A stretch of 64,000 nt of DNA from Spirochaetales bacterium (GTDB lineage Bacteria; Spirochaetota; Spirochaetia; JABEVK01): positions 1-64,000 of the forward strand of contig JBAXAI010000021.1 in NCBI GenBank assembly GCA_037142615.1, in the 5' to 3' direction. A model generated the notes under the pieces. The model made no database searches, was not told the DNA's origin, and saw only the letters and a list, made by a program, of their open reading frames with translations. Shown piece by piece: positions 38,732 through 48,451 of this stretch. How positions within the stretch are numbered: the stretch's first letter is position 1; every line of letters starts with the position of its first letter. Made by a program: the position numbers and the translations under genes.

Positions 38732-39921
38732 CAGTTCTGCCCTTGGTAGAGCAACTGAGTCCGGTTGGTTCCGTCGAGGTCGGATGGTGGCACGGAAGAG
38801 TCCCACCAACTCCAATCGAGGTCAAGGTCGTCGCTGTCTTGGTTCTTCCACGAACGCCAGACGAGGCTGGAACAGTAGAACCAAGAGGTGTTGGCTTTGC
38901 CTAAGATGAAGTCGAAGTTATACCCACTACCTGTCTTGGAAACAGCGTAGGCAGCTGCAGCTGCGTGTTCAGCATTGGTTGCCTCGGTAAAGACCCAGTG
39001 CCAGCCGAACCATTCAAGAACCATTGCCGAACGGACAACGGACTTGACCTTGATAGTACTCCCGGCGCCATCGAGTCCGACCACCGTATTGTTCCATTCT
39101 GACAGAGGCTCACGCTGTACGCCGTAGAGTCCGGACCAAGGCGAGTTCGCACCCCATGAGGTCATGTTGGCGTAGATTTGGTCAGCACGCGGGTTTGCGC
39201 GGTCTGTATCGGAGAGGGAATTCATGATCGCGGAATGCCCCAGATAGTTGGCAGAGCCCGACCCACTGCTTGACGGAGAGGTTCCCCCAGAATAGATCAG
39301 TACTCTGCCCGGTTTGAAGTTCGCTTTTATGTTTGCCAGTATCGCCTGGGCGGTGGGATTATTCCAGGCTACCCCCCGGGCCTCACCGGTGGCGGACCTT
39401 TGTTGTTCCCCCAGCCGAAGTTTGCTCTTGCCCACCTTTCGAAGGGCTTCTAGAGAAGTCTGAAAGTCGTCGAAGTAGCTCTTGTAGGTCGCAGGGGATA
39501 ACTTGCCGAAGTGTGCCACCGCAAAAGCGTGATCGACGGCGTCCGATTGTGCTTCGAGCTCTACGGCAAAGTAGGGATCGGCAGCCGCCAATGCGGCCCA
39601 CTCTTTTGCTGAGTCCTGAATCCAGAATGCCATCAGGGACTTCCGCTCCACGTCTGTGAGCTGGGCGAACTCCAGTGGATTTCCGGCCCCGTCAAGAATC
39701 GTCAATTTGGTAAAATACTGTGCGGGACTAACTTCGCTGGCAACGTCCTGGGATTTTGGGAAGGCTTCTGCGACTGCCGCGAGATTTGATGCGAGGACCA
39801 ACGCCTTCTGCTCCAGCATCCTCGGATCCGCAGGCAAGTCGATCTTACTTGCGGGGTTCTGGCATGCGACAAGGAACAAGACGGAAATGGACAAGACTGG
39901 CCACCAACGGGTGTACTTCAC
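38731..39921 (-). CDS. Lipoprotein with permuted papain-like NlpC/P60 (YiiX/YebB-like) C-terminal domain
   Basis: Lipobox LVAC; KPGRVL, LGHSAI, G.GYNF, FYCSSLVWRSW (His before Cys). Confidence 0.72.
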   Translation of the reverse strand: MKYTRWWPVLSISVLFLVACQNPASKIDLPADPRMLEQKALVLASNLAAVAEAFPKSQDVASEVSPAQYFTKLTILDGAGNPLEFAQLTDVERKSLMAFWIQDSAKEWAALAAADPYFAVELEAQSDAVDHAFAVAHFGKLSPATYKSYFDDFQTSLEALRKVGKSKLRLGEQQRSATGEARGVAWNNPTAQAILANIKANFKPGRVLIYSGGTSPSSSGSGSANYLGHSAIMNSLSDTDRANPRADQIYANMTSWGANSPWSGLYGVQREPLSEWNNTVVGLDGAGSTIKVKSVVRSAMVLEWFGWHWVFTEATNAEHAAAAAYAVSKTGSGYNFDFILGKANTSWFYCSSLVWRSWKNQDSDDLDLDWSWWDSSVPPSDLDGTNRTQLLYQGQN

Positions 39922-40069
39922 TGTTACCTCTCAAAGAGAAGCCTAAGGCCGTTCGTCAAACCGGTCAATAGTGAATTCACATAAACAAGAACCATCACTT
40001 TTTTCCATACCATGTGTAGGCACTGGATTCTGTTTGAGCGTTGTGGCTCTGACAGCTCGGCGCACCTGA

Positions 40070-40453
40070 CTAGTCCTCTGTGATGCGTCGGTTCTGCCTG
40101 TGGGTGGAGCCGATTTTTTTTGCGGTGAGGCGGCGTTCTTTCGAGGCTTTGGTGGGCTTGGTCTTGCGGCGGGGTTTGTCGCGGTGAAGGGCCTTCACGA
40201 TGCGCTCGAGCAGCCGGTCGACGGCGATTTCGCGGTTGGTAAGCTGGCTGCGCTCGTCTTGCACCGCCACCTGCATGCGACCCGGCAACCGCAGTCGTTC
40301 TTCGTCGGAGACGCCGGGCAACAGCGCGGTATCGACCGAAAGCTGCACCCGCGAGGCGGTCTTGTTGACGTGCTGGCCACCCGGGCCGGAGGAACGCGAA
40401 AACAGCAGTTCCCCCTGCTCGGCTAGGTAGCGGCGGACGACCTCGTGGTCCAT
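40070..40453 (-). CDS. arfB: Alternative ribosome-rescue aminoacyl-tRNA hydrolase ArfB (YaeJ)
   Basis: FSRSSGPGGQHVNKTASRVQL, ERSQLTNR, basic tail RRKTKPTKASKERRL. Confidence 0.93.
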   Translation of the reverse strand: MDHEVVRRYLAEQGELLFSRSSGPGGQHVNKTASRVQLSVDTALLPGVSDEERLRLPGRMQVAVQDERSQLTNREIAVDRLLERIVKALHRDKPRRKTKPTKASKERRLTAKKIGSTHRQNRRITED

Positions 40454-40471
40454 GCTTCGGCTTCTCGGCGG

Positions 40472-40843
40472 CTATTCGACGCTGAGAACTTCCTTCATCG
40501 CCTTGAGGATCTGGGGCTTGGGCATGGCTCCCATGCTCATGCGCGGGTCGCCGGTTTTGGGAATGAACAACAGGCTGGGGATGCTCTGGATGCCAAACGC
40601 TTGCGACACTTCCTGTTCTTCGTCGGTGTTGACCTTGTAGATGTTCACCTTGCCTGCGTATTCCTGGCTGATCTGGTCGAGGATGGGTGAAACCATTTTG
40701 CAGGGCCCGCACCAGTCGGCATAAAAGTCGACTATGCAGGGCAAGTCGCCCTCGAACTTCCAGTCAGGGGCGGTCTGGTCGGGGCCGGCCTGGAAGTCAA
40801 ACACCTTCTTCTTGAACTCGTCTGTGGTCAGTTTTGTGCTCAT
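40472..40843 (-). CDS. trxA: Thioredoxin
   Basis: VDFYADWCGPCKM, IQSIPSL. Confidence 0.93.
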   Translation of the reverse strand: MSTKLTTDEFKKKVFDFQAGPDQTAPDWKFEGDLPCIVDFYADWCGPCKMVSPILDQISQEYAGKVNIYKVNTDEEQEVSQAFGIQSIPSLLFIPKTGDPRMSMGAMPKPQILKAMKEVLSVE

Positions 40844-40935
40844 GTCGTCCTTCCTTCCCGGCTATATCATGCGGATACTATATAGATACCGAAAACCAGC
40901 CCCAAAGGCAAGTGCTGTGGTCAGCAATAGGCCAC

Positions 40936-42072
40936 TCAGGTTTTGCCTTGGTGCAACCTATCGAGCCGCTCAGCCAACATGCGACTCAGAAAGAAGCCGT
41001 AGTGGGGCTTGTCCTTGAGGCTTTGCACAAACTCCTGCTTGGTGATCTTGATCAGTTTGCCCGGTCCGAGGGCGCGTACGGTTGCAGTCCGCTTGTTCTT
41101 GAGCAGGAACGACATCTCGCCCACAAACACGTCTTTGGGAGTCAAAATCGCGACGCGGCGCCCGTTGGCCAGCACTTCGTAATCGCCCGAAACGATGTAG
41201 TACAGATGGTTGCTTTCTTCGCCCTGCGAAAACACGACGTCCTGGGCCGCAAACACGGTCTCTTGCTGGTCCTGGAAGAAGCCGGGCACCAAACCGGCAG
41301 CGCTGCGCAAATGGCCGACCGAAAAACGCACGCGGTCATGTTCCAGCACCTCGACCACTGAGGCCGAACTCGACCGGGCCGGCAACAGTTGGCTCCAGTC
41401 CATCGTGGTGTCGCCTTCGACCTGCACCTCGATCACCGAGTTCCGGGGGGTGATCTGGTAGGTCAGCAAGAAGTTGTGATTGGTCGTCCGGTCTTTTTCG
41501 ACGGCCTGGCGCAGCGCGTTCATCAGGCCCAGCGACAAGTTCTCGCGGTCCGGACGCGAAATGAGGTTTGAGTTGAACAGATAGTTGGCCAAAAGGTTGG
41601 TGTGGGTGATGAAGTCAAACGCGTCGCGCTCGAGCAGGAAGCTTCCCGTCAGGTTGGTCTGAACCAGTTGGTGAAAGTTCCACTGGGTGAGCAGGCTGCG
41701 GTTGGAATACAACGTGGCAAGAACCCGGCGCAGGTAGTGGCTCAGGCGCCCGGCTTCGATGAGCGACACCAGGTTGAGGCCCTGAACTTGCCGGGCGACG
41801 TCGCCCTCAGCTTCGCCGTCGAACACGATGAGCGAGGCCCCGTAGTGGAGCCACGGGTCCTTCTTGATCTCTTCGACAATGGCCTTGCCCAAGCCGCTGG
41901 GGTCCGACCAGTTGATCAGATGGATCTCGGGGAGTTCGTAGTTGAGAAACTGGATGGCCGCCGCCTTGGAGCGAAGGACGGTCACTTCGAAACTGTCGGC
42001 GATGCCTTCCTGAATGCGGCGCACCTCGGCGTTCAGGCGATCATCACTGGAAATCAAGGCAAAGGAACCCAC
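40936..42072 (-). CDS. Protein with REC-like N-terminus and C-terminal cyclic-nucleotide-binding domain
   Basis: VFSQGEESNHLYYIVSG, VGEMSFL...RTATVRA. Confidence 0.8.
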   Translation of the reverse strand: MGSFALISSDDRLNAEVRRIQEGIADSFEVTVLRSKAAAIQFLNYELPEIHLINWSDPSGLGKAIVEEIKKDPWLHYGASLIVFDGEAEGDVARQVQGLNLVSLIEAGRLSHYLRRVLATLYSNRSLLTQWNFHQLVQTNLTGSFLLERDAFDFITHTNLLANYLFNSNLISRPDRENLSLGLMNALRQAVEKDRTTNHNFLLTYQITPRNSVIEVQVEGDTTMDWSQLLPARSSSASVVEVLEHDRVRFSVGHLRSAAGLVPGFFQDQQETVFAAQDVVFSQGEESNHLYYIVSGDYEVLANGRRVAILTPKDVFVGEMSFLLKNKRTATVRALGPGKLIKITKQEFVQSLKDKPHYGFFLSRMLAERLDRLHQGKT

Positions 42073-42093
42073 GGGTCATCCCCCCTGCTTTCA

Positions 42094-42762
42094 CTATAGA
42101 TCTTTATGGGCCTCAAGCCTATGGCGCTTGCGCCCCCAGCCGGGCCTTCGTATCACGGCAAAACCTGCCGAGCGGAGCCCTTGCTTGACGGTGCCAGCGG
42201 CGGTGTAGGTCGCGGCGGTGCCGCCCGGCAGGGTTTGGCCTGCCACCCATGCCAGCAACTCGGGATGCCACAGGGAAGAATCCTTGGCCGGCGCATAACC
42301 GTCCAGAAACCAGGCGTCGGCGGGCTCGAACGAAGTAGTCAGGGTCGGCAAGCTCGCCGCGTCACCGACAAACAGACGCAACTCACCCCAACTGAGGTTC
42401 CAGTGATGCCAGCCGGTTGCGAGGAGCCCTCCCGTGGCGTCAGCGAGTTCTTTTGCCAAAGTTGCCAGCTCCGGCCAGCGATCACCGTGGGCCAGGTAGG
42501 CTTTCAAGGGCCGGGGAAAAAGCTCCACACTCTGGAACAGCAGCCTCGGGACGGGATGGTCAGCCCCTTCGTCGGTCCACAGCTTGGCCAGCGCCAAGGC
42601 GTTCAGCCCGGTGCCGAAGCCCAGTTCCGAGACGACAAAGCGTTCGCGGCCTTGCCAGCGTGCGGGCAGGTGGTTGCCCCCCAGAAACACCAGCCGGGAC
42701 TCGGCCCAGCCGTCGTCGCCGGAAAAATCGATGTCGGGGGTTGGCTCAGAATCAGTGGCCAT
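42094..42762 (-). CDS. mnmD: Stand-alone MnmD-like tRNA mnm5s2U34 methyltransferase (N-terminal domain of MnmC)
   Basis: ESRLVFLGGN, ELGFGTGLN, DAWFLDGYAPAK, TYTAAG, GRKR. Confidence 0.85.
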   Translation of the reverse strand: MATDSEPTPDIDFSGDDGWAESRLVFLGGNHLPARWQGRERFVVSELGFGTGLNALALAKLWTDEGADHPVPRLLFQSVELFPRPLKAYLAHGDRWPELATLAKELADATGGLLATGWHHWNLSWGELRLFVGDAASLPTLTTSFEPADAWFLDGYAPAKDSSLWHPELLAWVAGQTLPGGTAATYTAAGTVKQGLRSAGFAVIRRPGWGRKRHRLEAHKDL

Positions 42763-43564
42763 AGCGGGCGGCCAGGCCCTTGAGCCAGGACAGGTCGACC
42801 GCGCCGACGCGGCGTTCCACGAGTTGGCCTGCAGGGTCAAACACCAGCGTCGTGGGCACCACGGTCACGGAATAGGCCCGCTGCAGCGCCCCATCGTCGA
42901 GCAGTTGCTTCCAGGTCATGGCATGGTTGGCGAGGTAGGCCTCGACCGCGCTTTGCCCGCCGGTTTCGCTCCCCAGCAGGTCGACGCCCCACAGCACCAC
43001 GCCGGGAGGCTGAATCTTGACAAAGTCTTGCAGGTCAGGCAGTTCGGCCTTGCAGGGAGGGCACCACGTGGCCCAGAAGTTGACGACCAGAACCTTTCCC
43101 TTGGCTTCGACCAATGCGGCCGGTGGACCAGCCACCGTGGGGACCAACAGCTGAGCCGAGTCGGAGGCGGCCGGGGCAGGCATAGACCAAAGCGGCTCGG
43201 CCCAAAACAACGCCACGGCCAAAAGGGCGCCGGCGGCCAACGGAACAAGCAGTCGCCAGCGAGGGGTCTCGGCAATTCGGCGAACCTGCCAAACTCCAAT
43301 GGCCAGGATGGTGAGGCCCATCGAGGCCGCTCCCGTAAGGGCCGTGAAACCGCCATTCATGTACAGCAACAACAGGGGATTGTCGAGGACAAGGTCCCAA
43401 CGGGTGAAAAGGGGAGTGACCTTCCAGAACAGGAGCGCGGCCACCAGCGAGACGGCCACCCGGGTGTCCCACGCCGAGCGCAGGGCTTTGTCCTTAAGCA
43501 CCACCAGAGTCAGCACGCGGAAAAGTACGTACCCCGCCAGGAAGTACAGCGGGGCCGGGCTCAA
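42752..43564 (-). CDS. Membrane-anchored TlpA-family disulfide reductase
   Basis: N-terminal TM helices; VNFWATWCPPCKAELP, VPTT. Confidence 0.88.
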   Translation of the reverse strand: MSPAPLYFLAGYVLFRVLTLVVLKDKALRSAWDTRVAVSLVAALLFWKVTPLFTRWDLVLDNPLLLLYMNGGFTALTGAASMGLTILAIGVWQVRRIAETPRWRLLVPLAAGALLAVALFWAEPLWSMPAPAASDSAQLLVPTVAGPPAALVEAKGKVLVVNFWATWCPPCKAELPDLQDFVKIQPPGVVLWGVDLLGSETGGQSAVEAYLANHAMTWKQLLDDGALQRAYSVTVVPTTLVFDPAGQLVERRVGAVDLSWLKGLAARYGH

Positions 43565-44049
43565 GACGCGAGGACTCGGATCTGCTCGTCGCTGAGAATG
43601 CGTTCGACATCGAGCAGGATGCGCACGTCTTCACCAACTTTGCCGAGGCCCGAAATGTAGCGGGCGTCTTCGTTATTGCGCTTGAACTCGATAGGCGGCT
43701 CGATATCCTTGGGCAGAATGTCGTGCACTTCGGCCACCGTGTCGCAGATGAACCCGACCGACTTTTCGGCCACTTTGACGATGATGATGCAGGTGCGGTC
43801 GTCGTACTCGCGGGCTTCGAGGTGGAAGCGTTGGCGCAGATCCATCACAGGGATCACGGTACCGCGAAGATTGATGACGCCCCTGATGTAGTCGGGCATG
43901 TCGGGAACCTCGGTGATCTTCTGAAGCTCGATGATGTTGATCACGTGTGAGATCGGGATGCCGTAGATCTCGGTACCCAGGTTGAACAAGAGGAACTTGT
44001 TGGCCTGAGTGTTTTCACCGTCTTCTTCCCACAGTTGCTCGTCTGACAT
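43561..44049 (-). CDS. cheW: Chemotaxis protein CheW
   Basis: ITEVPDMPDYIRGVINLRGTVIPVMDLRQRF. Confidence 0.93.
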   Translation of the reverse strand: MSDEQLWEEDGENTQANKFLLFNLGTEIYGIPISHVINIIELQKITEVPDMPDYIRGVINLRGTVIPVMDLRQRFHLEAREYDDRTCIIIVKVAEKSVGFICDTVAEVHDILPKDIEPPIEFKRNNEDARYISGLGKVGEDVRILLDVERILSDEQIRVLAS

Positions 44050-44122
44050 GATGGCCCCCTACGGGGTTCATTATAGTCAAAGTTCTTGCCTCCACAAGGC
44101 TTTTTGGTCTATGGTTTCGCCC

Positions 44123-47100
44123 ATGAAAGCGAAGAGGAACTTCGGTCTGGGTCACAATTCCCAGGACCTGGCCGGTCGCGCCCAGATGGTGGGCGTGTTG
44201 AACCTGAAGCTGGCCGCCTTGGGCCAGAGCGTCTACCAAGCTCCCGAGGGTGCCTTTGAGGTGCCCTCGTCGTGGGATATGGCCGGCGACCTGATTCGTA
44301 ACTTCCGTGAAAAGAACCGTTTACTTGAGGATTACCTTCCTCCTGCCGACCAGCGCATCCAGGATTGGCTCGACGCCTACCTCGGCGATCTGGGGTTGGG
44401 CCGGGTGCCCCGAGTGCCGGGCAACACGCTGGTGCTCGACCGCTACGGCCTGGCCCGCGAGCTGTCGTTGCCCCCGCATGAGAACCGTTTTCAGTCGGGT
44501 ATCTTGACCAGTTATCGCGTCCAGCAGGGCATTCTGCACAACCCGCTCAACGACCGCCGTACCACCAAGGGCGTGTTCCACATCGCCGAAGGTGGTCTGC
44601 CGGTTCCTCCCGACAAGAAGTCGGTTCCCAAGGCCGTGTTCGCGCGCCTGCTCGAGGCCGCCGTGGCCCCCCCTGACGACCTGGCTACCCTCCCCTTCAC
44701 CGCGCTTCAACCCAACAAGGCCAAAGGCTTTGCCAGCCTGTTGCTGCGCCCGCTCGTCAGTCCCGAAGTGGCGGGTTTTCTCGAAGAAAAGTCGATGGAA
44801 GTCCGCTTCTTTGCCCCGGGCAGTCTGGTCAGCAACCTCGACTTTGTGGAGTCGATTTTTGGCAACGCCGGCGACCCCTACCTGCCCGAGAACGACGCCG
44901 CGCTCGATGCCCACCACTGGACAGGCCACAGCGGGTGCATCATCCTCGCCACCCACCTCACCACGCTGAAGAAGAAAGACCTCGGGTTGCCCGCGTGGGC
45001 CGAGGCCACCGAGCGCCAACAGCGCGACGGCATGGCCTGGAAGAGCCCCGACGAGCTGTACAACGACGGCGGCGCGTTCAAGATCTGCGCCCGCGATGAA
45101 AAGGGCGTCATGGTAACTCTCATCGCCGACAACTACTACGGCTACTCCAAAAAAGAGATCAAGACGCAGATCAGCTACTCGGCCAACCTGATGGGCCTGG
45201 CCGAAGAGGAACACGCCGGTGGCGCGCTGGCTTTCCCCCGCAGCAACCTGGGCATGAGGTTCTTCCCCGACGCCGAACTGCGAAAAAACGGTCGCACCTT
45301 TGCCGACGTCTGCGCGTTGCTGGCCGACACCATCGACGTCAAGCACGAAGGCTACGCGACCGACAAGGCCTTTGCCGACATCATTTACATTCCTGAAGAC
45401 GCGGTGATCGACCTCGACGAGCAAACTGTCAGCTGGAACCAAGCCGGAACCGCGCGCAGCATCCGCGTGCTGCCCGAGCGCACGTACGTGCACCCCAGCG
45501 GCTACAAAGTGCACATGGAAAAGCACCCGGCGACCACAGCGTGGCGACTGGTCGGCACCGCGCAGGAAGGCACGCTTTGTCACAAGCCCTGCACGGTTTC
45601 GGGCGGCGGCAAGAGCGAAATCAGCAAGGCCATCACCGACGCCATTCACTACAACCCCATCATCATTGGCGACTTCGACAAGGACATGGCGCTGGTGGCG
45701 AGCATCATCGAGCGCGATTACAGCGCCGTCAGCCCGGGCAAAGCGAAAGAACTGCTGTCGGAAAGCCTGTCGCTCAACGACGTGATCAAGCTGCTCACGC
45801 CCTCAGCCCGCTACCCCGCGGCTCACAACACGTGGCTCGAAACCCTGCCCAGTCGCATCAAGGCGCTGGTGTACCTCGTCAAGCGCTTCCACGCCATCAC
45901 GCCCGAGTTCAAGGGTGACTGGCGCGAGCCCTTTTCGGTCGACGTGGTCAACGGCACCGCCGGCAATATCTTCAAGTACCACAACCGACCGGTCATGGGC
46001 GCCTACCTGCGCATCGGCGTGCGTGGCAACGGCACCAGTTGGACCTACAAACTGAGGCAAGACTTCATGCCCGCGTTCAAAATCCAGTGGGAAGACGACA
46101 TCAGCGCCAGCATCACGGTGCCCGCCAACCAACTCGATCACCTCAACCCCGACTACCACCAGCCCAGCGTGAAGTTCACGCAGAACTGCGAGTTCCGGTT
46201 TTTCCAGCGGCCCGACGAGGCCATCCACCGGGGCTACGACAAGCAGGCCGAGCACGATTTGTCGATTCCTGGCAACTTCATCAGCAACTTCGAGCCCTTT
46301 GAGCAGAAGCAGGCCCGCGAGTTTCAAGAGAACGTGCTGGCCTTTACCGAATACACCTCCCCGGTGCGTGACTTGATCAGCGCGGTGGCGGCCGATGCAA
46401 AGGCCGAGTACTTCGTGCTTTCGTCTCACCCCCGAATCGTCGAGGGCGCCCCTTCGAAGAATCCGCGTTACCTGCAGCTTGACCCCAACTTCACGCGGCC
46501 GCGCGACCGCTACCTGAGCGACACGGGCGTGCGCCTGGCCCGGGGCATTGCCGTGGGCAAGCCCGTGCACCACCCCATCAACGCCATGCTGCCCGGGCGC
46601 CGCAACAATCCGGCCGAACACGCGGTGGGCATTCGCCCCTTGGCGGTATATAACCCCTTGCATTATCAGGAGTTGCCAGAGCTGTTCATGGACTTCATCT
46701 GTTCCCTGACCGGCAAGAGCCCTTCGACCACGGGCGCGGGTTCCGAGGGGGCGCTCACCAAGGGCCCTTTCAACGCGCTCGTGCCGACCACCGACCTGAA
46801 CAACACTCTGCTGAGCTTCATCCTGTCGGGCTACGACGGCTTTAGCAGCGCGGCCGGCCACATTGGTCCCAAATACCGGGTGGAGCACGACGTGTCGCTG
46901 CTGGTGCCCGAGCTGTGGTGTCGCATGGCCGAGTCGGAACGCGACCCCCAAAAGATGCTGGCCGAGGGCTACTTGGAACGGCTGGAAGACTTCGATCACC
47001 AGGGACGCCGCGTGCTGGCCAGCCGGCTGGGTTACCGCATCACCTACGACTTTGCCACGCACTTTCTGGGGCGCCTGTTCGACGACCCGGGCATTGTGTT

Positions 47101-47587
47101 CAACGAAGAGATCCTCAAGCCCGAGTTGCAGTCGATGGAAGACTTTATCGATGGGATCGAGAACATCGTCGAGGCCCAGAAGAAGGTTGCCCTCGACTAC
47201 CTGGAAGACGGCAGTGTCGAGGCAGCCATTCCTCCACTGGCTGCTCTGTTGCACATCATGGCCAACGGCACCTGGCAGGGCAAGGACGCGCACCACCCCG
47301 ACGTGCGCAAGCTGTTCGACCGCGACGCCGTGCTGGCCTCGGACTGGTACCACAAGCGCCTGACCCGCTACCGCGACTTGCAGGTGGCTCTTTATCAGCG
47401 GCACCGCGACGCGCTCAAGGCGTTCCTGGCGTCGTCACGGCACGAGGAAGAAGCCCAGCGCTTGGGCCTGGCTGCGGCGCTGGCCTCGGTCGAAGCCCGC
47501 CTTGTGGTGCTGGCCACGCCGAAGTTCCTTGCGTCGCTCCAAGGAACGCTGGGCGCCGACTCGGTGTTTGGCAGTCACCACCGGTAG
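44123..47587 (+). CDS. PPi-dependent phosphoenolpyruvate carboxykinase
   Basis: ~1150 aa; NDRRTTKGVFH, EEEHAGGA, CHKPCTVSGGGKSEISK, GKSPSTTGAGSEGALTKGPFN. Confidence 0.85.
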   Translation: MKAKRNFGLGHNSQDLAGRAQMVGVLNLKLAALGQSVYQAPEGAFEVPSSWDMAGDLIRNFREKNRLLEDYLPPADQRIQDWLDAYLGDLGLGRVPRVPGNTLVLDRYGLARELSLPPHENRFQSGILTSYRVQQGILHNPLNDRRTTKGVFHIAEGGLPVPPDKKSVPKAVFARLLEAAVAPPDDLATLPFTALQPNKAKGFASLLLRPLVSPEVAGFLEEKSMEVRFFAPGSLVSNLDFVESIFGNAGDPYLPENDAALDAHHWTGHSGCIILATHLTTLKKKDLGLPAWAEATERQQRDGMAWKSPDELYNDGGAFKICARDEKGVMVTLIADNYYGYSKKEIKTQISYSANLMGLAEEEHAGGALAFPRSNLGMRFFPDAELRKNGRTFADVCALLADTIDVKHEGYATDKAFADIIYIPEDAVIDLDEQTVSWNQAGTARSIRVLPERTYVHPSGYKVHMEKHPATTAWRLVGTAQEGTLCHKPCTVSGGGKSEISKAITDAIHYNPIIIGDFDKDMALVASIIERDYSAVSPGKAKELLSESLSLNDVIKLLTPSARYPAAHNTWLETLPSRIKALVYLVKRFHAITPEFKGDWREPFSVDVVNGTAGNIFKYHNRPVMGAYLRIGVRGNGTSWTYKLRQDFMPAFKIQWEDDISASITVPANQLDHLNPDYHQPSVKFTQNCEFRFFQRPDEAIHRGYDKQAEHDLSIPGNFISNFEPFEQKQAREFQENVLAFTEYTSPVRDLISAVAADAKAEYFVLSSHPRIVEGAPSKNPRYLQLDPNFTRPRDRYLSDTGVRLARGIAVGKPVHHPINAMLPGRRNNPAEHAVGIRPLAVYNPLHYQELPELFMDFICSLTGKSPSTTGAGSEGALTKGPFNALVPTTDLNNTLLSFILSGYDGFSSAAGHIGPKYRVEHDVSLLVPELWCRMAESERDPQKMLAEGYLERLEDFDHQGRRVLASRLGYRITYDFATHFLGRLFDDPGIVFNEEILKPELQSMEDFIDGIENIVEAQKKVALDYLEDGSVEAAIPPLAALLHIMANGTWQGKDAHHPDVRKLFDRDAVLASDWYHKRLTRYRDLQVALYQRHRDALKAFLASSRHEEEAQRLGLAAALASVEARLVVLATPKFLASLQGTLGADSVFGSHHR

Positions 47588-47594
47588 GGCGAAG

Positions 47595-48377
47595 TCACAG
47601 GTAGCCTTGGGCGAGGTAAACGACCCAACCGACGGCTTCTTTGAGCACGGTCTGGACGACGCCAAGGCTGGCTGGATCGGGCACAGCGTTGAAGGGCCAC
47701 GCGGTGCGGCTCTCGGCCGTGTCCACGGGCCAAGTGGTCAGGGTGCGGCCTTCGGCTTGGTAACCGGCCTTGCGGAACACGCCCAGCGCACGCTTCATGT
47801 GCCACGCCGAGGTGACCAGCACCACCTTCTTCCAGCCTTTTTTGGTGACAAGCGGTAGGCTCAGGGTAGCGTTCTCGTGGGTGTTCCGCGACTTGCCTTC
47901 CACCAAAAGGTCTTTTTCGGGCACCCCCCAAGCGCGCGCAAACGCCGCCAGTTCGGGCGCTTCGGCCGCCTCAGGATGTAGCACGTCGCCACTGCCCGAG
48001 GTGATCAGCAACGCGCCGACTTTTCCGTTGCGGTAGAGTTGCACGGCTTCGACGAGGCGCTCGGCGGCACTGCTGAGCTCCAGGTGGTCCCTTGTACTGC
48101 TCAGCGGGTTGCTCAGGCCTCCCAAGACGATGGCCACATCGGCCTTGTCGGCGACCTCGATGGCGGCTTTTCGGGGTTCTTCCCACCAACGTGCCAGCTG
48201 ATCGGCGCACCACGGCGTCGAGGCAACCCAAAATAGCACAGCGGCCAGGGGAATCAAGCCCGCCAGCTTGGACTTTCTTCTGGTGAAGAGGCCCACTAAG
48301 AACACGAAAAGCAAAAATAACGGCAACGGATTCAGGAATAGCGGAAGCCATTTCGAAACAGTGAAGAAATCTGGCAC
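47595..48377 (-). CDS. YdcF/ElyC/SanA (DUF218) family protein
   Basis: IVLGG, ERLVEA, SRNTHENA, LVTSAWHMKRA, LKEAVG. Confidence 0.88.
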   Translation of the reverse strand: MPDFFTVSKWLPLFLNPLPLFLLFVFLVGLFTRRKSKLAGLIPLAAVLFWVASTPWCADQLARWWEEPRKAAIEVADKADVAIVLGGLSNPLSSTRDHLELSSAAERLVEAVQLYRNGKVGALLITSGSGDVLHPEAAEAPELAAFARAWGVPEKDLLVEGKSRNTHENATLSLPLVTKKGWKKVVLVTSAWHMKRALGVFRKAGYQAEGRTLTTWPVDTAESRTAWPFNAVPDPASLGVVQTVLKEAVGWVVYLAQGYL

Positions 48378-48451
48378 TTAGTCCCCCTCGATCTTGCATT
48401 CCCACGCCAACGGAGTATGATAGAAGAAATCCCTCTCTTAGGAGTTCCCCC

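Larger units (their letters stand above)
36958..40125. mobile_element. ~3.1-kb island at the arfB 3' end; no integrase inside
   Basis: 56-bp flanking direct repeats, visibly lower GC and different codon usage, three translationally coupled genes. Confidence 0.75.
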
